From contig JBCCQY010000175.1 in assembly GCA_039208735.1 (NCBI GenBank), positions 1 through 19,476 of the forward strand: a DNA stretch of 19,476 nucleotides, in the 5' to 3' direction. A model generated the notes under the pieces. It was not told the origin of the DNA and did not search any database. It worked only from the letters and a program-made list of their open reading frames with translations. The position numbers and the translations under genes were made by a program. Numbering within the stretch: position 1 is the first letter of the stretch; every line of letters starts with the position of its first letter. Positions 10,836 to 19,476 of the stretch are shown here, piece after piece. This stretch comes from Myxococcota bacterium. Lineage in GTDB: Bacteria; Myxococcota_A; UBA796; GCA-2862545.

Positions 10836-12077
10836 ATGCCCGTTGACTTTCCTGAGCTGCATGAACGTTCGACTGCCGAGCTGCGCCAACAGGCGAAACA
10901 ACTTGGCATGGAGCGTGTGGCTGACCTGCATAAGCTCGAATTGGTCTTCGCCATTGGGCAGCGGCTCGGTGAGCGGGAAGGGCAGGACTACGGTCGAGGC
11001 GTGCTTGAGGTGCACGCCGAAGGGTTTGGATTCCTTCGGGCGGCGGACGACAATTTTCTCCCCGGCCCGGGCGACATCTATGTGTCGCAAAGCCAGATTC
11101 GCCGGTTCAAGCTGCAGACAGGCGATACCGTAATTGGCCTGGTGCGGCCTCCAAAAGAGGGAGAGCGCTACACCGCCTTATTGCGGGTGGAAAGCGTGAA
11201 CGGAGAGCCCCCGGGAACGGTGGGTCCCACCTTCGATTCGCTCACCGCGATCTATCCGGACGAACGCATTGCGTTGGGCCGGGAACCCTACCTGCGCGCC
11301 ATCGACTTGGCTGCGCCGATCGGCCTCGGTCAGCGCGGGATTGTGGTGGCGCCGGCGCGTACGGGACAAGCCGATCTGCTGCGGCAGTTGGCGCATGTCT
11401 TTGCGAGCGACGAGGAGCTTCACGTCACGGTGCTGCTCTTGGGCGAACGACCCGAAGAGATCCGGGATTGGCGCGAATCCTGTCGGGCCGAGATCATTGC
11501 GACACCCTTTGATGAGCTGCCGTCTCGGCACGTTCAAGTGGCCGACATCGTCTTTGAACGAGCGCGGCGCATGGTTGAACGAGGCGACGATGCGGTGGTC
11601 CTCGTGGACAGCTTCTCGCGGATGCTTCGCTTCTGCCTGGCCGAGACTCCGCCTTCGGGGCGGACCATTGGTGGGGTTGACACTGCTGCGCTGCATCGGA
11701 TTCGGCGCTACCTTGGTGCGGCGCGGGCCCTCGAAGAGGGCGGGTCGCTCACGATGCTCGGAGTTTTGCAGGACGATGACTCGGAGATGAGTCGGGCCCT
11801 CCTCGACGACGTTCGTGACGGAGTGAACTGGGAACTGACGCTCACCCGGGACATCGCAGCCCGAGGTATTCGTCCGCCCATCGACCTGCATCGCTCAGGG
11901 ACCCGTCGCGAAGAACGCCTCATTGGAGCTGCTGAAGCAGAGACCCGTGACACTTGGCGCCTCGGATTGACGGGAGACCGCGTTTCCGATGCGGAGCGTC
12001 TCGTTGAACTCGCCAAGGCGGAGCCTCTCGAGCGTGCGTCCAAGAGTCGCAAGGCGAAAGGCCGCGCCGTCAAGTAG
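10836..12077 (+). CDS. rho: Transcription termination factor Rho homologue with degenerate ATPase motifs
   Basis: Rho N-terminal helical bundle, RNA-binding OB domain (GVLEV..EGFGFLR, DIYVSQSQIRRFKL.TGD, RPPKEGERY.ALL), PIGLGQRG, ERPEE, GAARALEEGGSLT and SGTRREE. Walker A reads APARTGQA. Start ATG 10836 (alternative GTG 10815); 413 aa. Confidence 0.93.
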   Translation: MPVDFPELHERSTAELRQQAKQLGMERVADLHKLELVFAIGQRLGEREGQDYGRGVLEVHAEGFGFLRAADDNFLPGPGDIYVSQSQIRRFKLQTGDTVIGLVRPPKEGERYTALLRVESVNGEPPGTVGPTFDSLTAIYPDERIALGREPYLRAIDLAAPIGLGQRGIVVAPARTGQADLLRQLAHVFASDEELHVTVLLLGERPEEIRDWRESCRAEIIATPFDELPSRHVQVADIVFERARRMVERGDDAVVLVDSFSRMLRFCLAETPPSGRTIGGVDTAALHRIRRYLGAARALEEGGSLTMLGVLQDDDSEMSRALLDDVRDGVNWELTLTRDIAARGIRPPIDLHRSGTRREERLIGAAEAETRDTWRLGLTGDRVSDAERLVELAKAEPLERASKSRKAKGRAVK

Positions 12078-12142
12078 GCGGGCGACTGGCTCCATGAACG
12101 GCTAGGCTGGCAAGGGTCTTGTCCCCCCAGGAGGAACCAAAC

Positions 12143-13066
12143 ATGCGCGCAGTCGCCGCGTTGATCGTCGGCAGCGTCCTAACGGGATGCAGCTCGATCG
12201 GTACGCTCGAGTTCACCGACGACAACAACTACGCTTACATGAGCAACATCGGCATTCAGTCCATTCCGATTGCTGCGGGCCAGAATCCATGCTTCGACTG
12301 GTCGGGACTCACCACCGACATTCGAGGTCGGGCGTTCGATGGCGTGGTCGACGAGGCGTACTTCACCCTCATGGAGCAGTCTCAGGAAGAGACCGTCGCG
12401 AGCTTCGAGGACAACACGTTCATCCAGGCCGACGTGAAGGAGCCGTTCGCGGACAATCCGCCGGACGAGGCTCGTGATGGGTGTGGCGAGGACTTCAGCG
12501 TCATCGGCAACGACTTCATGGCCGAGGACTTTGAGGCGGGTGGCGATTGGCTCATCACGCTGATGAAGTTCCGCGACTCGCCCGCCGGCGGTCTCGATCC
12601 GATCATGAGCCTGTTCGTGGTGCCGGATGACACGGTCGAAACGACGACGGTGTCGGTGTCGGATGACAGCATGGATCTCGAGATCACAGGCCTCGACATT
12701 GCAGGCGCCCCGCGGATTGCCGTGAGCACGGGCACCAATCGGGCAGATTGGACCGCCGTGACGGTCGACGTGTACGGCAACAACTACTCGAATCAGGACG
12801 GCAACGACCTGTTCATCGCGCGGTTCGACGTCGAGAGCGTCGAGGAGATCGAGGCCACGTTCCTGACGCTCGACACTTCGGCAGCCGAGATCTACCGCCG
12901 TGAGGTGTTCGGCTTCAACACGCTTGAGGATCTCTCCTCGGCGGTGTCGACGACGGGCGAGAACTTCCCCGGATTCACGACCGAAGGCATCTGGGTGTTC
13001 GGCATCGCCTGCTCGATCTGCAACAATCCGGCCCCCTTGCTCCTCAGCGTGCTCGAGGTGCAATAG
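12143..13066 (+). CDS. Acidic lipoprotein of unknown function
   Basis: Strong RBS AGGAGG at 12129-12134 and lipobox MRAVAALIVGSVLTG-C. Very D/E-rich mature region with C-terminal CSICNNPAP; 307 aa. Confidence 0.88.
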   Translation: MRAVAALIVGSVLTGCSSIGTLEFTDDNNYAYMSNIGIQSIPIAAGQNPCFDWSGLTTDIRGRAFDGVVDEAYFTLMEQSQEETVASFEDNTFIQADVKEPFADNPPDEARDGCGEDFSVIGNDFMAEDFEAGGDWLITLMKFRDSPAGGLDPIMSLFVVPDDTVETTTVSVSDDSMDLEITGLDIAGAPRIAVSTGTNRADWTAVTVDVYGNNYSNQDGNDLFIARFDVESVEEIEATFLTLDTSAAEIYRREVFGFNTLEDLSSAVSTTGENFPGFTTEGIWVFGIACSICNNPAPLLLSVLEVQ

Positions 13067-13204
13067 AGGGTTTTTGAACCCCTGCGATCCTCCGATTGCG
13101 GCCGCCGGCTTGACGCTGGTGGCTCGCCACGTCATGGTTGCGGGTCGACCGGGCTGGTCCCCCATCTTCGGATGGCGTGTGGATGCCCGAAGGAGTCCCT
13201 GTTC

Positions 13205-13537
13205 ATGAAGGCCGACATCCATCCGGAGTACCGTTTTGTCGTGTTCCGCGACATCAACAACGGTGACGAATTCATCACCCGTTCCTGCGCCTCGGCTCGC
13301 GACACGACCGAGATCAATGGCGAGGAATATCCGCTGATTGTCCTCGATGTTTCGAGCACGTCGCACCCCTTCTACACCGGTACCCAGCGCATCATGGATA
13401 CCGAAGGTCGTGTCGAGCGCTTCATGCGCAAGTACGGCTTCAAGGGCGACGAAGACGCCGAAGCACCGGCCTCGGATGACGCAGCGGCAGAGACCCCTGC
13501 CGCCCCCGAGGCGCCCGAGGGGTCGGCCGAAGGCTGA
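13205..13537 (+). CDS. rpmE2: 50S ribosomal protein L31 type B (Zn-independent)
   Basis: [16 protein letters not shown]...[31 protein letters not shown]; no CxC/CxxC; RBS AAGGAG; acidic Ala-rich tail. Confidence 0.96.
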   Translation: MKADIHPEYRFVVFRDINNGDEFITRSCASARDTTEINGEEYPLIVLDVSSTSHPFYTGTQRIMDTEGRVERFMRKYGFKGDEDAEAPASDDAAAETPAAPEAPEGSAEG

Positions 13538-13540
13538 GCC

Positions 13541-14643
<1,103 letters not shown>

Positions 14644-14647
<4 letters not shown>

Positions 14648-15501
14648 TTCGACTCGTCGACGTCTTGATGCGCACGGAAACTTGGTTTCGGCGCAAGGGC
14701 ATCGCTTCGCCCCGTTTGGAGGCCGAGCTGCTGCTGGGCCATGTATTGGGGGTCAAGCGTCTGCAGCTCTACCTCATGCACGACCGACCGTTGGGCGAAG
14801 GGGAACTCGAAAAGCTGCGGCCATTGGTCCAGCGTCGAGGAAGTCGTGAACCGCTTTCGTGGATTCTTGGACACCGCGAATTTCATGCGATTGACCTCGA
14901 GATCCGACCTGGGGTGCTCGATCCTCGTCCCGACACCGAGACCCTTGTGGACGCCGTGCTTGCCAAGATCCCAGAGCAACGAGAAGAGCCTGTGTACGTG
15001 GCCGACATCGGGTGTGGGTCGGGGGCGATTGGGCTCGCCTTGGCCCACGCGCGACCCTGTGTGAGGCTCTACGCGGTGGACGTTGATGAAACGGCCCTTG
15101 CCCTGACCAAGGCGAACATCGAACGGCTCGGGCTGTCGCAGCGGGCCGGGGTGCTGCGGGGCGATCTTCTCGATGCGGTTCCCGTGAAGCGACCGGTGGA
15201 CTGGGTGGTCAGCAATCCGCCTTACATCCCGACAGGTGAGATTGACGGCTTGATGCCGGAGGTCGCGCAGCACGAGCCACGTCGGGCCCTCGATGGGGGG
15301 CGAGACGGGCTGGATGTGTACCGGCGTCTCGTGCCGATGGCGGGAGCCCGGGCGCGGGTGGGACTGGCCGTCGAGGTCGGTCACGACCAAGCGGCCCGCG
15401 TGATGGACCTCTTTCGACGAAGTGGCCTTCAAGAACTGCAAACCGCAGCCGACCTCGGTGGCATTGACCGCGTCGTCCTGGGTCGCGTAGCGTCGTCCTG
15501 A
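14644..15501 (+). CDS. prmC: Release factor glutamine methyltransferase (HemK/PrmC)
   Basis: [12 protein letters not shown] motif [16 protein letters not shown] and [18 protein letters not shown] overlap with prfA. Confidence 0.97.
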
Positions 15502-15584
15502 CAAGGCGGCGGCCCCTCGACCTGGCGGGTGTCGTGGTTGCCTTGCGCTCACGACGCGGGTAGAAGGCCCGTTCTGGAGGTTGG

Positions 15585-17240
15585 ATGTCCGTTCGTTCGC
15601 TCTTGATGGGGCTCGCTGTGGCGGCGTTGGCCGGTTGTGTCGGTGGCACGCCTCAGCCGACAAGCACGCCTGCCAAGACGCGCGACACCCTGGTCGCAGC
15701 GACGCTCGCCGACGCCAACACCATGCTGCCCATCGTCGTCGAGACAGCGTTCACGGACGAAGTCCTGACCAACATGACGCTGCCCATGGTTCAGACCGAG
15801 TTCGATTGCTCGCTCAAGAAGAAGCCCGGCTACGCCACATCTTGGGAGTGGAACGACGACGGAACGGTCATCCGCATGAAACTGCGCGACGATCTCACGT
15901 GGGAAGACGGCACGCCGGTCAGCGTCGAAGACATCCAGTTCACGTATGAACTCATCGCCGATCCGGACGTCCAGAGCCCGCGGTTTGCCTTCATTGAGCG
16001 CCTGAAGCCCGACGCGCGGCCCAAGAAGATCGATGCCACGACCATCGAGTGGCATTTCACCGAGGCGTACGATCGCGACACGCAGATTGCCCACGTTTCG
16101 CTCGGCTTGGTGCCGAAGCACCGGCTTGAGGGGGCAGACCGCGGCTCGCTTCGGAGCCACCCCCTGGCCAATGAGCCTCTGTCGTATGGACCCTTCAAGG
16201 TCGCGAAATGGGAACGCAACGAACGCCTCGTCCTCGAACCCAACCCAAACTTCCCCGGTACTGATTCGGACAAGGCGAAGTTGAACCGGGTGATTTTCCG
16301 GATCATCCCCGAGTACTCCACCCGCCTCATCGAACTCGAGGCCGGCAGCATCGACATGATGTCGGGCCTCCTCCTGGAAGATGCCGATCGTCTGCGCAAG
16401 TCGCACCCAGAAATCCAGCTCGTTCGCCGTGGTTGGCGGACGCAGGACTACATCGGGTGGAACCTCAAGGACCCGCTGTTTGCGGATCTGCGGGTTCGCA
16501 AGGCTCTGGCCTATGGAGCCGATGTCGATGCGATGATCGCACGCCTGCTCACGAGCGAAACCGGTGAGAAATATGCCAAGCGTGCGGTGAGCACGCTGAC
16601 ACCCGCCCTCTGCGGCATCGTTCCCGACGTCAAGCCCATTCCAACGGATCAGGCCAAGGCGAAGGCGCTATTTGCCGAGGCCGGATGGTCGGATTCCGAC
16701 GGAGATGGCGTGCTCGACAAGGGCGGCAAGAAGTTCTCGTTCACGCTGTCGACGAACACGGGCAACAAGCGTCGGGCCGACATCGCGGTGCTGCTGCAGG
16801 CCCAGCTGAAGGAGATTGGGGTCGAGGTCAACATCGAGAAACTCGAGTCCAACACCTTCTTCGAGCGACTGCGTAAGCACGACTTCCAGGCCGGATTGGC
16901 AGGTTGGGCCGCGGGCCTCTTTGTTGACCCGTCCTCGATGTGGCTGTGTTCGACCGACGAGGAACCGCGAGAGTTCAACTTCACCCAGTACTGCAATCCC
17001 GAAGTCGACGAACTCATCAAGACGGGCCTGAAGACGCCGAATCCGGCCGAAGCGGCACCGATTTGGAAAGACATGCAGGCGAAGATCTTCGAGGATCAGC
17101 CTTACTTGTTCCTGTGGTGGATGGACGAGATTGTGGCCATCCACGATCGGTTCGAGAACATCTCTCCCGACATTCTCTCGCGCTTCCATCGCTTGGAGAA
17201 CTGGGACGTCCCGCCGGACAAGGTCAAGTACCGCCGGTAG
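15585..17240 (+). CDS. Peptide/nickel ABC transporter substrate-binding lipoprotein (family 5)
   Basis: Lipobox LAGC; ATSWEW...KLRDDLTWEDGTPVSVEDIQFTY; GPFKV; PLFADLRVRKAL; NFTQYCNPEVDELI. Confidence 0.95.
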   Translation: MSVRSLLMGLAVAALAGCVGGTPQPTSTPAKTRDTLVAATLADANTMLPIVVETAFTDEVLTNMTLPMVQTEFDCSLKKKPGYATSWEWNDDGTVIRMKLRDDLTWEDGTPVSVEDIQFTYELIADPDVQSPRFAFIERLKPDARPKKIDATTIEWHFTEAYDRDTQIAHVSLGLVPKHRLEGADRGSLRSHPLANEPLSYGPFKVAKWERNERLVLEPNPNFPGTDSDKAKLNRVIFRIIPEYSTRLIELEAGSIDMMSGLLLEDADRLRKSHPEIQLVRRGWRTQDYIGWNLKDPLFADLRVRKALAYGADVDAMIARLLTSETGEKYAKRAVSTLTPALCGIVPDVKPIPTDQAKAKALFAEAGWSDSDGDGVLDKGGKKFSFTLSTNTGNKRRADIAVLLQAQLKEIGVEVNIEKLESNTFFERLRKHDFQAGLAGWAAGLFVDPSSMWLCSTDEEPREFNFTQYCNPEVDELIKTGLKTPNPAEAAPIWKDMQAKIFEDQPYLFLWWMDEIVAIHDRFENISPDILSRFHRLENWDVPPDKVKYRR

Positions 17241-17276
17241 GCGCTCCCCCTCTGCTCTGAAAAAGGACGCGTCCCC

Positions 17277-18305
17277 ATGCTCCGCTATGTGGCCCGAAAG
17301 CTCTTGCTGGCGGTCCCGCTCGTCATCTGCATCGTCACGCTGATCTTCACGTTGGTGGAGCTGTCGCCCGGCGACATTTCGAGCAAGTACATCAATCCCG
17401 ACATGCCGCCTGAAGTGGCGCAGATGATCATCGACAAGTACCAGCTCGACCGTCCGGCGTACGTTCGGTACTTCGCGATGATGCGAAACCTGGCGATGTT
17501 CGACTTCGGCAATTCCATGGCCGAAGACGTGCCGGTGTTCGAGATCATCCTTCGCTACTTACCGAACACCATCTTGCTGTCGTTCGTCACGTTGCTCGTG
17601 GCATATCCGATGGGTGTGCTGCTCGGGACCATCCAGGCCGTGCGTCAGAACCAGGCCATCGACACCGGGGTGAGCGTCACGAGCCTGCTCCTCTACTCGA
17701 TGCCCTCGTTCTGGCTTGCCTTGATGCTGCAGCTGCTGTTCGGCATCTACTGGACAGGATGGCTGCAGGGCCTCGTCCAAGCTGGGTCATTGTCTGCGGC
17801 TTCGGCAGATTTTCTGTCGCTTCCGTTATCGGGCATGAAAGATCCCATCCTCTACGACATGCTGTCGCCGGGTGAGCAACTCCTCGACCGGTTCAAACAC
17901 CTGCTCCTGCCGGGGTTTGCGATGGGACTCGCGGCGGCCGCGTCGAGCGCTCGGTACATGCGCTCGTCCCTGCTCGAGGTCATCCGCCAGGACTACATCC
18001 GAACCGCTCGTGCGAAAGGCTTGCCCGAACGACTGGTCATCATCAAGCATGGGCTTCGCAATGCTCTTTTGCCCATCGTGACCTTACTCGGGCTGTCGTT
18101 GCCCTACTTGTTTTCGGGCAGCGTCCTGGTCGAGATGGTGTTTTCTTGGCCCGGCATGGGCCGCATGATCGTGAACGCCATCTACTCCCAAGACACCCCG
18201 TTGATCATTGCGAGCTTCTTCATCTTCACGCTGCTCGTGGTGGCGGGGAACTTGATCGCAGACATTCTCTATGCGTGGGTCGACCCCCGCATTCGACTGG
18301 ACTGA
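17277..18305 (+). CDS. Peptide ABC transporter permease (OppB/DppB family)
   Basis: MLRYVARKLL...LSPGD; EAA loop QDYIRTARAKGL...KHGLRNALLP; VEMVFSWPGMG; DPRIR. Confidence 0.96.
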   Translation: MLRYVARKLLLAVPLVICIVTLIFTLVELSPGDISSKYINPDMPPEVAQMIIDKYQLDRPAYVRYFAMMRNLAMFDFGNSMAEDVPVFEIILRYLPNTILLSFVTLLVAYPMGVLLGTIQAVRQNQAIDTGVSVTSLLLYSMPSFWLALMLQLLFGIYWTGWLQGLVQAGSLSAASADFLSLPLSGMKDPILYDMLSPGEQLLDRFKHLLLPGFAMGLAAAASSARYMRSSLLEVIRQDYIRTARAKGLPERLVIIKHGLRNALLPIVTLLGLSLPYLFSGSVLVEMVFSWPGMGRMIVNAIYSQDTPLIIASFFIFTLLVVAGNLIADILYAWVDPRIRLD

Positions 18306-18309
18306 CCGC

Positions 18310-19470
18310 ATGACCGCCATCGTCAAGACCCGAGAGTTCACGGCGCCGCCACGCACCCGCGTGGGAATGGTGGTGCCTGGTCTTGGGCATTTCCTGATGG
18401 GCGAGTGGATCGTCGGCGGGGGCCTGCTGGCTCTCGATGCGTTGTGGCTTTTGGCCGCCGTTCGAGGACTGCCCCGTATCGGCTCGATGTTCTCGGGCCA
18501 GGAATGGCTGCACCCCGTCATCGCGCTCGTGTCGTTTGTTGGGCTCACCGCAGGATTGGGGTGGGCGGGGTACCGACGCGCGTACCCCCGAGCCCTGACC
18601 GAGGTGGAATACAACAGCAACCACCAGATTTTTCTGCGGACGCTGGGCCGACACCGGACCGGCATGATGGGGCTCTTCGGCGTCCTCTTCCTCGTCATGA
18701 TGACGCTCATGACACCGATGCTCGCTCCGTTTCCACCAGACATCACAGATGTGGGCGCGCCGAACCTGGCCCCCGATGCGGTCTATTGGTTTGGCACCGA
18801 CAAGTTCGGCCGGGACGTGTTTTCACGCCTCCTGTACGGCGGGCGAATCAGCCTTTCCATCGGTTTGGTGGCCGTGTTCCTCGCCGCCTCACTGGGCACG
18901 TCGCTTGGGGCCACCGCGGGATTCCTCGGTGGTTGGCCCGATCGCTTCATCATGTTCATCACCGATCTGCTCCTGTCGATGCCCCGTCTCGTCCTGCTCC
19001 TCACCATTGTGGGGCTCTACCGGTTGCCGGGGGTTTGGGGCATTTTCCTCATCGTGGTGATTTTGGGTCTCACCGCCTGGATGGCCATTGCGCGCCTGGT
19101 TCGGGGCGAGGTCCTTTCGCTCCGGCAGCGCGAGTTCATCCAGGCCGCACAGGCCCTGGGGTACTCCCAGACCCGTCTGCTGTTCGGCCATCTGATTCCC
19201 AATGCGCTTGCACCGGTCATCGTGTTCTGCTCGCTGGCGATGGGTGCGACGATGCTGGCCGAAGCCGGCCTTTCGTTCCTTGGCCTCGGGGTGCCAGAAC
19301 CCACGTCGACGTGGGGGACCATGGTGAGCGATGGCCGTGATTACTTGCGCCATTCCCCTTGGGTGTCCATCTTTCCGGGGTTAGCGATCATGATGGCGGT
19401 GCTGTCGTTCAACCTTCTTGGTGATGGACTGCGCGACGCCACCGATCCGAAGCTCCGAGGTACCGATTGA
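18310..19470 (+). CDS. Peptide ABC transporter permease (OppC/DppC family) with N-terminal membrane extension
   Basis: FGTDKFGRDVFSRLLYGGRISL; ARLVRGEVLSLRQREFIQAAQALG; EAGLSFLGLG; FNLLGDGLRDATDP. Start ATG 18310; 386 aa. Confidence 0.95.
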   Translation: MTAIVKTREFTAPPRTRVGMVVPGLGHFLMGEWIVGGGLLALDALWLLAAVRGLPRIGSMFSGQEWLHPVIALVSFVGLTAGLGWAGYRRAYPRALTEVEYNSNHQIFLRTLGRHRTGMMGLFGVLFLVMMTLMTPMLAPFPPDITDVGAPNLAPDAVYWFGTDKFGRDVFSRLLYGGRISLSIGLVAVFLAASLGTSLGATAGFLGGWPDRFIMFITDLLLSMPRLVLLLTIVGLYRLPGVWGIFLIVVILGLTAWMAIARLVRGEVLSLRQREFIQAAQALGYSQTRLLFGHLIPNALAPVIVFCSLAMGATMLAEAGLSFLGLGVPEPTSTWGTMVSDGRDYLRHSPWVSIFPGLAIMMAVLSFNLLGDGLRDATDPKLRGTD

Positions 19471-19476
19471 CCTTCA

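Noticed and set aside
11367..11372. Walker A change as a sequencing error
   Set aside because: Two adjacent codons are altered and several distant ATPase motifs are also diverged, so a single base-call error cannot explain it.
15502..15546. Stem CAAGGCGGC/GTTGCCTTG after prmC, and weak hairpin GGGTT/AACCC at 13068-13081, as intrinsic terminators
   Set aside because: No following U-tract, and the loop is long or the stem weak; insufficient support.
16693..16719. DSDGDGVLD EF-hand-like loop in the substrate-binding protein
   Set aside because: Common in family 5 solute-binding proteins; not novel.

Overview
GC-rich bacterial chromosomal window, most likely Myxococcota/deltaproteobacterial. 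That call is inferred from a myxobacterial-type SOS box, an FHA membrane protein, a DUF4175-like gene and the rho-rpmE-prfA-prmC order. Gene order: partial DUF4175-like membrane protein (-), lexA (+), FHA-TM-large exodomain protein (-), rhomboid-like/TetR/beta-propeller/coiled-coil cluster (+), ALDH family 7 (-), ligA, a ~360-bp structured intergenic region, a Rho homologue, an acidic lipoprotein, type B L31, prfA, prmC and an Opp/Dpp-type ABC transporter (SBP plus two permeases). No mobile elements, CRISPR arrays, rRNA or tRNA were seen. The main oddity is the Rho gene at the canonical rho-rpmE-prfA-prmC locus. It keeps an intact RNA-binding domain and arginine finger, but its Walker A is destroyed (GKT->GQA) and its R-loop region is rewritten. 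It looks like a full-length, ATPase-dead pseudo-Rho behind a long structured leader. Other points of interest are a rhomboid homologue lacking both catalytic residues, three tandem SOS-box-like repeats before lexA, an internally duplicated acidic lipoprotein inserted between rho and rpmE, and a Gly-rich insertion in RF1.
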